From NCBI RefSeq assembly GCF_000019345.1, contig NC_010503.1:300001-332000 (forward strand): 32,000 nucleotides of DNA, written 5' to 3'. Made by a program: the position numbers and the translations under genes. Positions 11,073 through 22,970 of the stretch are shown one piece after another. The notes under the pieces were generated by a model. That model saw nothing but the letters and a program-made list of their open reading frames with translations. It had not been told where the DNA came from and made no database searches. The stretch's first letter is position 1; each line of letters starts with the position of its first letter. Origin of the DNA: Ureaplasma parvum serovar 3 str. ATCC 27815 (GTDB taxonomy: Bacteria > Bacillota_I > Bacilli_A > Mycoplasmatales > Mycoplasmoidaceae).

Positions 11073-12164
11073 ATGGGACCAATTATTCCAAATACACGTT
11101 TAATTGATTTTAAATTTGATCGAGACTTATTAAATAGTGCCTATACTGCTCATTATTTTATTAAAACATGCAAGATAATTGAATTGCATGCACCAAATCA
11201 TTCAGTTATTATGCAATTTACACACTTTAGCAAAACACCGATCATGGTGTGTGGAACAAGTGAGGTTTTAGCATTATTAGAGTTTTGTTTATCTAAAAAA
11301 GAACTAAAACAATTAAAAATATATTATGTTCCAGATGGACATGTTATTAAACCAAAAGAAGCTTTATTTGTTATCGAAGGGCCATATGAAATTTTTGGCT
11401 GATTAGAAAATATTATTGACTCAATTCTAGCACGACGTAGTTCTATAGCAACGAATTGCTATAATGTTTTAAATTTAATTAATGATGAACAAAAAGTAAT
11501 TTATATGAGTGATCGTTCTGATGATTATAGTTTACAACCATATGATGGGTATGCTGCTGCTGTTGGTGGAATGCAATACTTTGTTACGCAAAAGCAGGTT
11601 GAATTTTTAAAAGATATTAATTATGAATGTAAGGTAATTGGCTCAATGCCACATGCTTTAATTCAACAAAACAATGGTCGGATTGATTTAGCATGTGAAA
11701 TGTTTGCACAAACTTTTCCTAGCGATCCTTTAATTGCTGTTATTGATTATAATAACAATGTTTTAAATGATCTTGAACAACTACGATATATGTTTGATCG
11801 TTTGTTTGCAGTACGAATTGATACAGCTAAGGATTTAATTGATGAAAGTTTATTATCGACTTTTAATAATGTTGGTAATCGTGATTTACATGGTTGTAAT
11901 CCTTATCTTATTGCTTTAGTACGTGAATATTTAGATAATAATGGAGGAAAACATATTAAAATAATTGCTTCAAGTGGGATTGATTTAAATGGTATTAAAA
12001 ATTTTAATAAACACAATTCTGCAATTGATTTTTATGGAATAGGCACATATTTAAGTCACTTATCAGTTCACATCACTGCTGACTTGGTTTGTTTAGATAA
12101 TGTTTATGGTGCTAAAGTTGGCCGTAAAATCGCTAAGAATTTTTCTGAAATGATTTTATATTAA
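11073..12164 (+). CDS. pncB: Nicotinate phosphoribosyltransferase
   Basis: 363 aa across TGA=Trp. Contains GTSEVLALLEFC, VIEGPY, SILARRSSIATN, GSMPHALIQ, ASSGIDLNGI, DFYGIGTYLS. Confidence 0.85.
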
Positions 12165-12239
12165 AGTTTTTAGAATTTAATGCTGGAAAAGGATTATAAT
12201 TTTAAATAATCTATTTTTAACAGAAATGTGGGTGAATTT

Positions 12240-12407
12240 ATGTCAAGAGGTGTAAGCGTTGAAGGCGATTTAGAAAAGGCTCTTAAGAAATTTAAACGTA
12301 TTTCTAATGAAACAAAAAAAGATTCTAAACGTCACGAATATTATTTAAGTCCAAGAATTCGTCGTAAAGAAAAAATTAAAGAGGCTAATAAATATCGTAG
12401 TTTCTAA
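12240..12407 (+). CDS. rpsU: 30S ribosomal protein bS21
   Basis: Manual translation MSRGVSVEGDLEKALKKFKRISNETKKDSKRHEYYLSPRIRRKEKIKEANKYRSF*. Absent from the ORF track (below size cutoff). Confidence 0.93.
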   Translation: MSRGVSVEGDLEKALKKFKRISNETKKDSKRHEYYLSPRIRRKEKIKEANKYRSF

Positions 12408-12425
12408 ATTAGAAACGCACATGAA

Positions 12426-12462
12426 TCCAACCATTACTTGAATGTTTTGGTTGGTTTTTTCT
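12426..12462 (+). terminator. Rho-independent terminator after rpsU
   Basis: ccaacca ... tggttgg followed by tttttt. Confidence 0.7.
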
Positions 12463-12530
12463 TTAATATTAAGATTTTTCAGAAGTGCTAGAATTATAAA
12501 AATGGTTTATGTTTAAGGAATAAATTAAAT

Positions 12531-14183
12531 ATGATTACACAAAAAATAAGTGAAGAATTAAATAAGGCTTTGGCGAAAATGGGTATTCATGATACACAGG
12601 AGACAAAGATTCTCGTTGATAAAACTAAAAATATTAAATTTGGTGATTTTTATACTAACATAGCAATGATTTTAAGTAAAAAAAATAATAAGAGTTCTTT
12701 AGAAATAGCTAAAGAAATAGCTAATAATTTTGAACAAGATTTGTTTTTAGAAGTTAATTTGCAGCCACCTGGATTTTTAAATTTTAAATTAAAAGCAAAA
12801 GATCATGAAAATTTATTGAAACAAATTTATTATGAAAAAGATAGATTTGGTCAATTCTCTAAAAAGAATATCACTTATAATATTGAATATGTTTCAGCTA
12901 ACCCCACAGGTTATTTGCATATTGCTCACGCTGCTAATGCTATTTATGGTGATATTTTAGCTAATTTATTAAAAATTTATGGATATGATGTAGAAACTGA
13001 ATATTGAATTAATGATGCTGGAAATCAAATTGATAAATTAGCAATGTCAGTGTTAGTTCGTTATTTACAATTACAAAATATTAATATTCAATTACCAGCA
13101 GATGCCTACCATGGGCAAGAAATTCATTTAGTTGCACAAACTTTATACCAAACTTATAAAAATCAATTTATTAATGTACGTTTAAATGAAAAATATGAAA
13201 TTGATGATGATATTGCTAATCAAGAAATTAAAAATTTTGCAGTTAAATACTTATTAAATGAAATTAAAAACGATTTAGCATCAATTAACACATTCATTGA
13301 TACTTATACTTCAGAAAATTGAATTCGAAATTCGGGACGTATTTTAGAAGTTTTATCAAAAATAAAACCTTACACTTATACACTAGATGGTGCTTTGTGA
13401 TTAAAAACAACTACTTTTGGTGATGATAAAGATCGTGTTTTAATTAAATCTGATGGTTCATATACATATTTCACACCAGATATTGCTTATCATGACTATA
13501 AATTTAATAAGACAAATACAACTAAATTAATTGATGTGTGGGGTACAGATCATTTAGGTTATATTGCGCGTTTAAAAGCGGCAATGAATGCTTTAGGTTA
13601 TGATCCAAATAATTTAGAAATTGTTTGTGCTCAAGTAATGAAATTAGTTAAAAATAATCAAGAATTTAAACTTTCAAAAAGGAGCGGACAATCATTAACA
13701 ATCAAGGATTTAGTTGAAATTATTGGTAAAGATGCATTACGTTGATTTTTAGGGTCATCATCTATGAATTCGCATGTTATTATTGATGTAGATATTGCCT
13801 TATCAAAAAATAACAATAATCCTTTATATTATGTTCAATACGCACATGCTCGTGCCAATCAAGTATTAAATAAACAAGTTTATGAATTAGATTTTAAAAC
13901 TGATCTATTAACAGAAACACGTGAACGTGAATTGTTGAATCAACTTCATTTCTATAAACAAACAATTGCTAATGCTGCAAATAATCGTGAACCACACCGA
14001 ATTAGTAATTATTTATATGACTTAGCTCAAATTTTTCATAATTATTATGCAAATGTTAAAATTAATAATGATAATAATAAAGTTCTATCAGCACAACGTT
14101 ATACATTAGTATGATGTGTTAAACAGGTTTTAGCTAATGGTTTGGCAATTATGAAAATAACTCCATATGATCAGATGTATTAA
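12531..14183 (+). CDS. argS: Arginyl-tRNA synthetase
   Basis: 550 aa across three TGA-split ORFs. YVSANPTGYLHIAHAANAIYGD, INDAGNQIDKLA, WGTDHLGYI, KLSKRSGQSLT. Confidence 0.93.
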
Positions 14184-14185
14184 AA

Positions 14186-15454
14186 ATGAATAGTTTAAAT
14201 AAAAAAAGTATAAAAGATCTTGATGTAAATGGTAAAACAATAGTTTTACATTTAGATTTAAATGTTGTTGTTGATTATGAAAATAAACGCATATTAAATG
14301 ATCGTAAATTACGAGCATCACTACCAACTATTAATTATTTAATTAATCATAACGCTAAAATTGTTATTTTAAGTCATTTAGGTCGAATTAAAACCTTAGC
14401 AGATAAACAAAGTGGTAAATATAGTTTAGAAATTATTGTTGATGAACTCCGTAATCGTGTATCCAAGAATGTTAATCGTGTTGTATTTTCACCTTTAAAT
14501 TATGGAGAAACGGTCGTACAAATGGTTAATGATTTAGAAGAAAGAGACATTTTAATTTTAGAAAATACGCGTTATTGTGATATTAGTGATGAAGGTGAAT
14601 ATGTTGGGCTTGAATGAGATGGTTCAGAGATTTTAGGACAGTTTTGGGGAATGCTAGGGGATATTTTTATTGATGATGCATATGGAGTTGCTCATCGACA
14701 ATTATCATCAAATTATCAAACAGCTAAATTTGCTAAAAAAAGTGCATTAGGTTTTTTAATTGTTAATGAAATTAACCATCTAGATATTGCTTTAGAAGTT
14801 CCTAAAAGTCCGTATTTAGCTTTAATAGGTGGTAACCGTGTTGCTGATAAAATTGCAGCAATTGAAGTATTATGTGAACGGGCTGATCAAGTTATTATTG
14901 GGGGAGGATTAGTCTATACATTTTTATATGCTCAAGGGTATAACGTTGGTTTAAATTTAGTAGAACGCAATATGATTGATGATTGCAATAATATATTAGA
15001 AAAATACGGTAAAAAAATTTTAATTTGTTTTGATTTTTTATGTAACAATGATTTTAGTGATACAAGACCGATTTATCGTAAAATAGATGAAGGTCTTGAA
15101 GGGTTATATGGTTTAGATATTGGTAAAAGAAGTTTAAAATTTATTAAACATGAAATTTATCGTTCTAAAACTATTTTACTAAATGGTCCCTTTGGTGTTA
15201 TTGAAAATATTAAGAATTATGCACAAGGTACTACTGAAATATGTAAATCAATGGCAAAACAAACAACACGTGGCGCTTATACAATTATATGTGATATCGA
15301 TACTTCGAGTCATGCTGAATACCTAGGATTAGATAAATATATTAATTTTATATCTACTGGTGGGGGCGCTAGCTTATCATATATTGAAGAAGGAGTTCTT
15401 GATGGTCTTGAAACCATTGATAATGTTCCTTTAAATGTTTTAAAGAAGGAGTAA
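14186..15454 (+). CDS. Phosphoglycerate kinase-like protein (divergent)
   Basis: SHLGRI, IDDAYGVAHR, IGGNRVADKI, IIGGGLVYTFL, LLNGPFGVIE, ISTGGGASL. The fold is clearly PGK but several conserved motifs are altered. Confidence 0.85.
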
Positions 15455-15457
15455 TTT

Positions 15458-16549
15458 ATGAGTAAATTTAACGAAAAAGAAATTAGAAATAAAGCAATTG
15501 AATATATGGAAATATATGGTATGTCACGTCATGAAGAACGTGTTGCTTCCAAACTAAAAGCATCATTAAAAGATGCGGGAGTTGATTATGAACGTGATAA
15601 TTTAGGTTCAATTATTTTTAAAAAAACAAATTCAAATAAAGGACCTAAAATCTTAATTGCTACACACATGGATGAAGTTGGTTTTGTAGTTCAACAAATT
15701 CTTGATAATGGTCAATTACTATTATCAATGGTAGGTGGTGTATGGCCTAATATTGCTATTGGATCAGTAGCAAAAGTGTATGTTGATGAACAACGTCAAT
15801 ATACTGGTGTATTTGGCCATACTTCAATTCATATCTTAGAACCTGAAGCACGCAGTAAAGCAGTTCCAGTTAAAGAATTATTTGTTGATTGCGGTTTTAA
15901 TTCAAAACAACAAGCTATTGATTTAGGAATTGAAATAGGTACGGAAGTTTATATGGAAGGACCAACTTTAAATTTTTATGATGAAAATTATATTGTTGGT
16001 AAAGCTGTTGATAATCGTGTAAGTGTTGCGGTTTTAGATTTATTAATACATAGTTTAAAGGACAAAGTAATTCCCAACCAAACTTATTTTGCTGCAACAG
16101 TGCAAGAAGAAGTTGGATTACGTGGCGCAAAAACAGTTGTTTCAAAAGTAAAACCTGATATTGGGATTGTTATTGATACAACAACATCACACGATACATA
16201 CAAGTGTCCAGAGGGTGATACAAAATTAAATGATGGTGTATGTATTAGAATTAAAGATGGTGGAACTTTAGTTAATCCTAAATTAGTAAAATATTTTGAA
16301 GAATTAGCTATTAAACACAACATTCCTTTATATAAATATGTTGCACGAGGAGGCGGGACTGATGCTGAAGAATTGCAATATGGGCCTAATGGTGGAGTAT
16401 TAACAATTGGTTTGTCTATCCCACAACGTTATTTACATGCTCCAATTGGCGTAGCAACGGTTAAAGATATAAAAGCAGCCTTTGACTTAGTACGTGAGTT
16501 TTTAGAAGTATTTGATGAAAACGAATTTGAAAAAGTAAAATTTAAATAA
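15458..16549 (+). CDS. M42 family metallopeptidase (glutamyl aminopeptidase-like)
   Basis: THMDEVGFVV, GKAVDNRVSVAVLDLL, VQEEVGLRGAK, RGGGTDAE, LSIPQRYLHAPIGV; apparent metal ligands retained. Confidence 0.92.
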   Translation: MSKFNEKEIRNKAIEYMEIYGMSRHEERVASKLKASLKDAGVDYERDNLGSIIFKKTNSNKGPKILIATHMDEVGFVVQQILDNGQLLLSMVGGVWPNIAIGSVAKVYVDEQRQYTGVFGHTSIHILEPEARSKAVPVKELFVDCGFNSKQQAIDLGIEIGTEVYMEGPTLNFYDENYIVGKAVDNRVSVAVLDLLIHSLKDKVIPNQTYFAATVQEEVGLRGAKTVVSKVKPDIGIVIDTTTSHDTYKCPEGDTKLNDGVCIRIKDGGTLVNPKLVKYFEELAIKHNIPLYKYVARGGGTDAEELQYGPNGGVLTIGLSIPQRYLHAPIGVATVKDIKAAFDLVREFLEVFDENEFEKVKFK

Positions 16550-16622
16550 TTTTTATATCAAATAAAAACCTTTTAATATAAAATTAAATATCGTAATAAA
16601 TTTATTTTTAGGAGAATAAAAT

Positions 16623-17342
16623 ATGACTGCACATAATCAAGCTAAATTAGGAGAAATAGCTAAAGTAGTACTAATGCCAGGGGACCCAATGCGCGCTAAA
16701 TGAATTGCTGAAACTTTTTTAGAAAATGCAATTTTAGTTAATGAAGTTCGTGGCATGCTATGCTATACAGGAACATATAAAGGCAAAAAAATATCAATTA
16801 TGGGCCATGGTATGGGAATTCCTTCGATCGGAATTTATTCATATGAATTATATAAATTTTATGAAGTTGAAACAATTATTCGTGTTGGTTCAACTGGTTC
16901 ATATAAAAAAGATTTGAATGTTAATGATGTGGTTTTAGTTGAAAAATCATATAGTGATTCTACATTCGCATCACTGATTGGTGCACAAGTTGGCGATGAT
17001 AAGGTTTTATTACCATCAAGAGAAGTTAATAATTTAATTAAAAATACTGCGAAGGAATTAAATTTAGAATTATCATTAGCAACTTGTCATGCTTCTGATG
17101 TGTTTTATAATAATGATTTTCAAACATTAGATGAAATTATTCATCGAACTAAATCCGATTGTGTTGATATGGAATCATTTGGTTTATTCGCAAATGCACA
17201 AATTTTAAATAAAAATGCAGCAACTTTACTAACAGTTAGTGATTCATTGATTACAGGTGATGCACTATCACCCGCAGAGCGTGCTAATACTTTTAAAAAA
17301 ATGGTAACATTAGCCTTAGAAAGCGCAATTAAATTACTTTAA
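16623..17342 (+). CDS. deoD: Purine-nucleoside phosphorylase (DeoD type)
   Basis: [62 protein letters not shown], TVSDS. Confidence 0.93.
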
Positions 17343-17437
17343 TTTTAAAAATAAATAAATTATTATTTAATGGTTAATTTTTATAAAATTAATTATAAAA
17401 ATAACATTTACTAAATTCAAAGAAAGAACAAAGCCTT

Positions 17438-17830
17438 ATGAATGCAAAAATTAAAGCCAAAACACGTTCACAAATGATAGATGAATTATCAAAAATGTTA
17501 AATATTGAAAAAAAACAAACAAAAGCATTTATGGATACTTACGAAGCTTTTTTAATTCTTGAATTATCACGAGCTAAAGAAGTTCGTTTAGGAAATATTG
17601 GAAAATTCAAGGTTAGTGTACGTGCAGAACGTAAGGGAATTAACCCTAAAACGGGTGAAACTGTAATTATTCCCGAGAAAACAATTCCTAAATTTACTTT
17701 TACTAAAGGAATTAAAGAAATTATTAATGCTGGTATTTCAATTGATAATGAAAGAGTATCGATTGATGATAATGATTTTGATGATGACGATGAATTTGTA
17801 GAAGAGTACATTGTATCAGAAAATAATTAA
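17438..17830 (+). CDS. HU-family DNA-binding protein with acidic C-terminal tail
   Basis: 130 aa. RSQMIDELSKMLNI, LGNIGKFKVSVRAERKGINPKTGETVIIPEKTIPKFTFTKGIKEII, then DDNDFDDDDEFVEEYIVSENN. Confidence 0.85.
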   Translation: MNAKIKAKTRSQMIDELSKMLNIEKKQTKAFMDTYEAFLILELSRAKEVRLGNIGKFKVSVRAERKGINPKTGETVIIPEKTIPKFTFTKGIKEIINAGISIDNERVSIDDNDFDDDDEFVEEYIVSENN

Positions 17831-17840
17831 TTAATAATAT

Positions 17841-17871
17841 GAAAACACGAGTTTTAATAACTCGTGTTTTG
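17841..17871 (+). terminator. Rho-independent terminator after HU-like gene
   Basis: aaaacacgagttttaataactcgtgttttg: strong hairpin ending in T-rich sequence. Confidence 0.8.
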
Positions 17872-17929
17872 TTATTATTTAAATAAGTATAATAAATGAT
17901 TATAACTTATTTTTAATAATGGAGTAATT

Positions 17930-20086
17930 ATGAATGAATTAGTTAAAAAAAAATTAGATGATTTATATGATTTTCTTAAACAAAAAAAATATTCAAGCCA
18001 AACCATCGAATTAGTCCATAAATCATTTGATTTTGCAAACTATTATCATGGTGATCAAACAAGAAAGTCGGGAGAACCATATATCATTCATCCAATTGCA
18101 ACTGTACGAATTTTAGCTTCATGAGATATGGATGAAAGTACATTAGTAGCAGGTATGTTACACGATGTTTTAGAAGACACAAATTGTCCAGAAGAAGTTA
18201 TGGAAAAAACTTTTGGTAAAGAAGTGACGCAACTTGTTTGTTTTGTAACAAAAGTATCTCTTTATTCAAAAAATCGACGTAATAAAGTTTCACACACCAA
18301 TCTTGAAGAAAAGTATTCAATTCAAGTGTTTATGTCAATGACACAAGACATTCGTGCTATGATTATTAAAATTGCTGATCGTTATCATAATATGCAAACT
18401 ATTCAATACTTACGTTTAGAAAAAGCGAAAAGAATTGCAACAGAAACACTAGAAATTTACGCAAATATTTCTGGAAGATTAGGGATGTATCGTGTTAAAA
18501 CAGATTTATTAGATATGTCTTTTAAAATTTTAGACCCACAAAATTATCAATTAGTAAACGATTCAATTAATAAATTGGTTGAAAACAATCAAAAAAAATG
18601 AAATGAAATTTTAGCTCGTTTAAAAAATATTTTAATAGCTAATAATATTAAGGCTGAATTTGAATGGCGTCTTAAAGGTATTTACTCAACATATAAAAAA
18701 ATAACTAGTGGTTATGAAGTTAAAGATATTCATGATATCTATGCTATACGTGTAATTTTAGATGATGTATATTTATGTTATCAAACATTAGGTTTAGTAC
18801 ACATGAATTTTACGTATATTATTAACACTTTTAAAGATTATATTTCAACACCAAAATGAAATTTATACCAATCTATTCATACAACAATTTCGTATGAAGG
18901 AACTTTAGTAGAAATTCAAATCAGAACAACAAAAATGAATTTATTTGCTAATAATGGTTTAGCAGCACACTGAAAATATAAAGAACAAAAAGATAATAAA
19001 ACTGAAATTTTATTAACAGTTAATAATGTTTTATTGCGTGATTTTTTATTGAGCACAGATAAAGGAATTAAAACTATTAAAGATGTCACAACCGGAACTA
19101 TTTTTGATGTACTAATTCTTAATTCTAATAAATGAATCACTGTTTCAAATGGTTCAACATTATTAGATGTAGCATATAAATACGATATAAATAATTTTTT
19201 CAATATTTTAGCAATTTATCGGAATGGTGAGCGTTCACATTTTGACACGCATGTAGAAACTGGCGATACAATTAAAATTAGTTATTCAAATGGAATTGAA
19301 ACAATTAGACCAAACTGGATTACATTAGCTAATAATGATGTTGTTAAATTACATATTAACAATCATTTAAAAAAATATGAACTGAATAAACAAATTACAA
19401 AAGAACAATTTTTAGCTAATGCTGAATTTTTTTTAGAAGGCAAAATTATGAGTGAAGAGCATGCTATTAAAAGACTAGAAAAAGAATTTCAAGTTAATAG
19501 TATCAATACTTTTTTAGATAATATTGCTAATACTGACATTGATTTACAAACAAAATATAAAGTATTTTCAGAAAATAAACAAGTTTCACGTGAAGCAATT
19601 AATACAATTAAAAATCAAGCATGAAAATGATTAGCTGATTCTTCATATTTTAGTGGTCTAGAGAACTTGTATTTTACAGATTTTGAAATTTCGCCTTGTT
19701 GTTCTAAAATTCCTGGAATTAATTGTGTTGCTAAAATTGTTCGCAATAAAGTAGAAATTCACCGCAATGATTGTTCTAAAGTTAAAAATTCTCGCTCAAA
19801 AACAATTGTAATTGAATGATCAAAAGAAAAACTTGAGAATCGTCCGCGTTATTTTAAAGTTAACTTAACATTAAAAGGCAATTGAAGTGAATCTGTTGGA
19901 AATGTTTTATGCAACACATTAATACGCATGAAAGCAAATATTTCAAAAGTTGATATTAGTAAAAATAAGACTGCACGCACTCATGATACTTTTTTAAAAA
20001 TTTATGTAAAAAACTTAGATCACTTACAAAAGATTATTTTAGAACTTCAAGCTAAAAATGTTATTAATGAATGGAGATTGATCTAA
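17930..20086 (+). CDS. relA: Bifunctional (p)ppGpp synthetase/hydrolase (RelA/SpoT)
   Basis: 718 aa with TGA=Trp. HD domain GMLHDVLEDT and IKIADRYHNM; synthetase IYSTYKK..., DIYAIRVI, KDYISTPKWNFYQSIHTT, EIQIRT; then TGS and ACT-like C-terminal regions. Confidence 0.92.
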
Positions 20087-21699
20087 TGAAACATATACAA
20101 AAAACAAAATTTATTTTTGTAACTGGTGGTGTTTATTCATCATTAGGTAAAGGGGTTAGTGCTAGTAGTATTGGTCGAATTCTTGTTGAATTAGGATATA
20201 GTGTTGCAATGCAAAAGCTTGATCCATATTTAAATATTGATCCCACTTATTTATCACCATTACAACATGGAGAAGTATTTGTTACAAAAGACGGTAAAGA
20301 AGCAGATTTAGATTTAGGTACTTATGAACGTTTTATTAATGCTGATTTAAATAAATATGCGTCAGTAACTTCAGGAAAAATTTATTATGAAATTTTAACA
20401 AAAGAGCGTGAAAATGGTTTTGACGGTAAAACTGTTCAAACTATTCCACATGTCACATCTGCAGTTATTGATTACATTAAAAAAATTAAAGATAGTTTAA
20501 AAACTGATTTTATTATTGTTGAAATTGGAGGAACAATTGGAGATATTGAATCGCTTCCATTTATTGAAGCTATTAGTCAATTTAAAACAATTTATGGTGT
20601 AAATAATGTAATGTTTATTCACTGTTCACCGCTTATTTATATTGAAAAAGTAGGTGAATTAAAAACAAAACCAACTCAACATAGCGTTAAGACGTTACGT
20701 TCATTAGGAATTAATTTAGATTTATTGTTATTAAGAACTAATCAAAAATTAGATGAAGTAACGATTAAAAAATTAGCATGATCTTGTGGATTAGATATTG
20801 ATATGATTTTTGCTGCTTATGATGTTGAGTCAGTTTATTTATTACCAAATGTTTTGTTTGAGCAAGGGATTCATAAAACTATTTTAGATTTTTTTAGTCT
20901 ACCTTTAAAAAATGATAATATTAATTCATGAATAGATTTTACTGATAAAATTACAACCTTTAAAAAACATAATTTAGTTATAGGTTTAGTTGGAAAATAT
21001 GTTGAATTACCCGATGCTTATAAATCAGTATTAGCGAGTTTAGAATTAGCAGCAATTGAATTAAATATTGATTTAAAGATTAAATATATTCAACCCCAAA
21101 ATTTAAATGAAAACAACATAAATGAAGAACTAAAAAAAATAAATGGTATTGTTATTCCAAGTATTGCAGGTTCAATAAAAGGCTGACCAGGAGCTTTATT
21201 AGCTGCATCTTATGCAAGAAAAAACAATATTCCATTTTTAGCTGTGGGAACTGGCGTTAATATTGGTATTGGTGAATTCATTAATAATGTACTAAAACTT
21301 CCAATTGAATTTATTAATTTAGGCAATGGTGATTTTAGTTTTTTAAAAGACGCTTTCGTTAAAAATGAAATTGAAAATTATCGAATTGGAGAGTATTGTT
21401 CTAATATTCAAGCTAACACTATAACAAGCCAAATTTATCTCAAACAAAATCAATTGAACGAGCGCCATCGTCATCATTTTGAATTTAACAATCATTATAT
21501 TAATAATTATTTTTTAAATCAAAATTGAAAAATTGGAGCAATTTCAGTGGATAATAATTATATTGATGTTTTAGAATACACAAAAAATCATTTTTATGTT
21601 TTAACAATTTTTAATCCAGAATATACATCAAAACCTTCAAAGGCAAATCCTTATTTTATTAATTTATTAAAGATGAGTTTAAAAATAAAAGAAAGTTAG
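20086..21699 (+). CDS. pyrG: CTP synthase; glutaminase catalytic residues apparently lost
   Basis: 537 aa. FVTGGVYSSLGKGVSASS, HGEVFVTKDG, VEIGGTIGDIES, KTKPTQHSVK, ERHRHHFEFN. Overlaps the relA stop as TAATG. Confidence 0.93.
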
Positions 21700-21702
21700 A
21701 AT

Positions 21703-22965
21703 ATGATTAATTACAGTAAACCACGAGGTACTATAGATTTATATAATAAAGAAATGAATGATTTTAAATTACTTGAAAATTTTTTATTATCAACTACTAA
21801 AAGATATGGCTTTCAGCAAATTAAAACACCTGTTTTTGAATTTGCAGAACTCTTTATGAAATCAGCTGGTGAAAGTTCAGATTTAGTTTCAAAAGAAATG
21901 TATTTATTTAAAGATAAATCAGATCGCTGACTAGCGTTAAGACCTGAAGGAACAGCAGGTGTTATTCGTGCTGTTGTTGAGAATAAATTACTATTAAATC
22001 ATCCACTACCATTAAAATTAATGTATTTTGAGCCTTGTTTTCGTTATGAACGCCCTCAAGCTGGACGTCAACGCCAATTTCATCAATTTGGTGTTGAAGT
22101 GTTGGGAACAAAAAATATTTATTATGATTTTGAATTAATTGCTTTAGCTGATACAATTTTAAAAAAATTAATGATATCTAATTATATTTTAGAAATTAAT
22201 TATATCTCATCTCCTCATAATCGTTCATTATGAGTTAAAAGTTTGCAAGAATATTTTCATTTACATCGTACTGAATTAACTCCATTAAGTCAAGAACGTA
22301 TTACAACCAATCCTTTGCGTATTTTAGATGATAAATTAGAATCTCAAAAACTAGTTGTAAAACAAGCTCCAAAAATTAGTCATTTTTTATCAAATGAAGA
22401 AAAAGAAGAATTTAATCTAATTAAAAAAATGCTTGATGATTATAACATTAAATATTATGTTAACGAAGGATTAGTAAGAGGTTTGGATTATTATAGTGGA
22501 TTAGTATTTGAATTTATTTCAACTTCACCTAAATTATTAGGTCAATCAACAATTATAGGTGGAGGCCGATATGGTGAATTAATTAAACAAACAGGTGGCC
22601 CTAATTATGAAGGTATTGGTTTTGGTATAGGAATTGAACGTTTATTAATAGCTTTATCTGAAACCAATAAAAATATTTTAAACACTGATGATGATAAATA
22701 TTTAATTGCATTTTTTGATAAAGAATTAGAGAATGAAGCTATAAAACTAACTCAAATATTACGTATCAATAATCAATTAAATGTTGACATTATCTTAAGT
22801 TCAACTAAAGCTGACAAAATTTTTAAGTTAGCACAACGTTTAAATGTAAAAAAGCTTATAATATTAGCTAAAAAAGAATGATCAGATAAAAAAATAATTT
22901 TAAAAGATTTACTTAATTTTAAACAAGATTTATTAAGTTTAGATGAAATTAAAGGAATAAGGTAA
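21703..22965 (+). CDS. hisS: Histidyl-tRNA synthetase
   Basis: 420 aa with TGA=Trp. PRGTIDLY, LRPEGTAGVIRA, FRYERPQAGRQRQFHQFG, GLVRGLDYYSG, GFGIGIERLL. Confidence 0.93.
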
Positions 22966-22970
22966 TAAAA

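Noticed and set aside
15915-16323. Minus-strand ORFs 15915-16145 and 16084-16323 inside the M42 peptidase gene
   Set aside because: Antisense to a strongly conserved CDS, no RBS or recognisable domain; expected by chance in AT-rich code.
17539-17811. Minus-strand Ser-rich ORF of 90 aa opposite the HU-like gene
   Set aside because: Ser-rich composition is just the complement of the Asp/Glu codons in the HU tail.
18661-18760. Possible loss of the RelA/SpoT synthetase motif (GRPKHIYSIYRK reads WRLKGIYSTYKK)
   Set aside because: The key Arg and Lys positions still align and downstream YQSIHTT and EIQIRT motifs are intact, so I do not call the synthetase dead.
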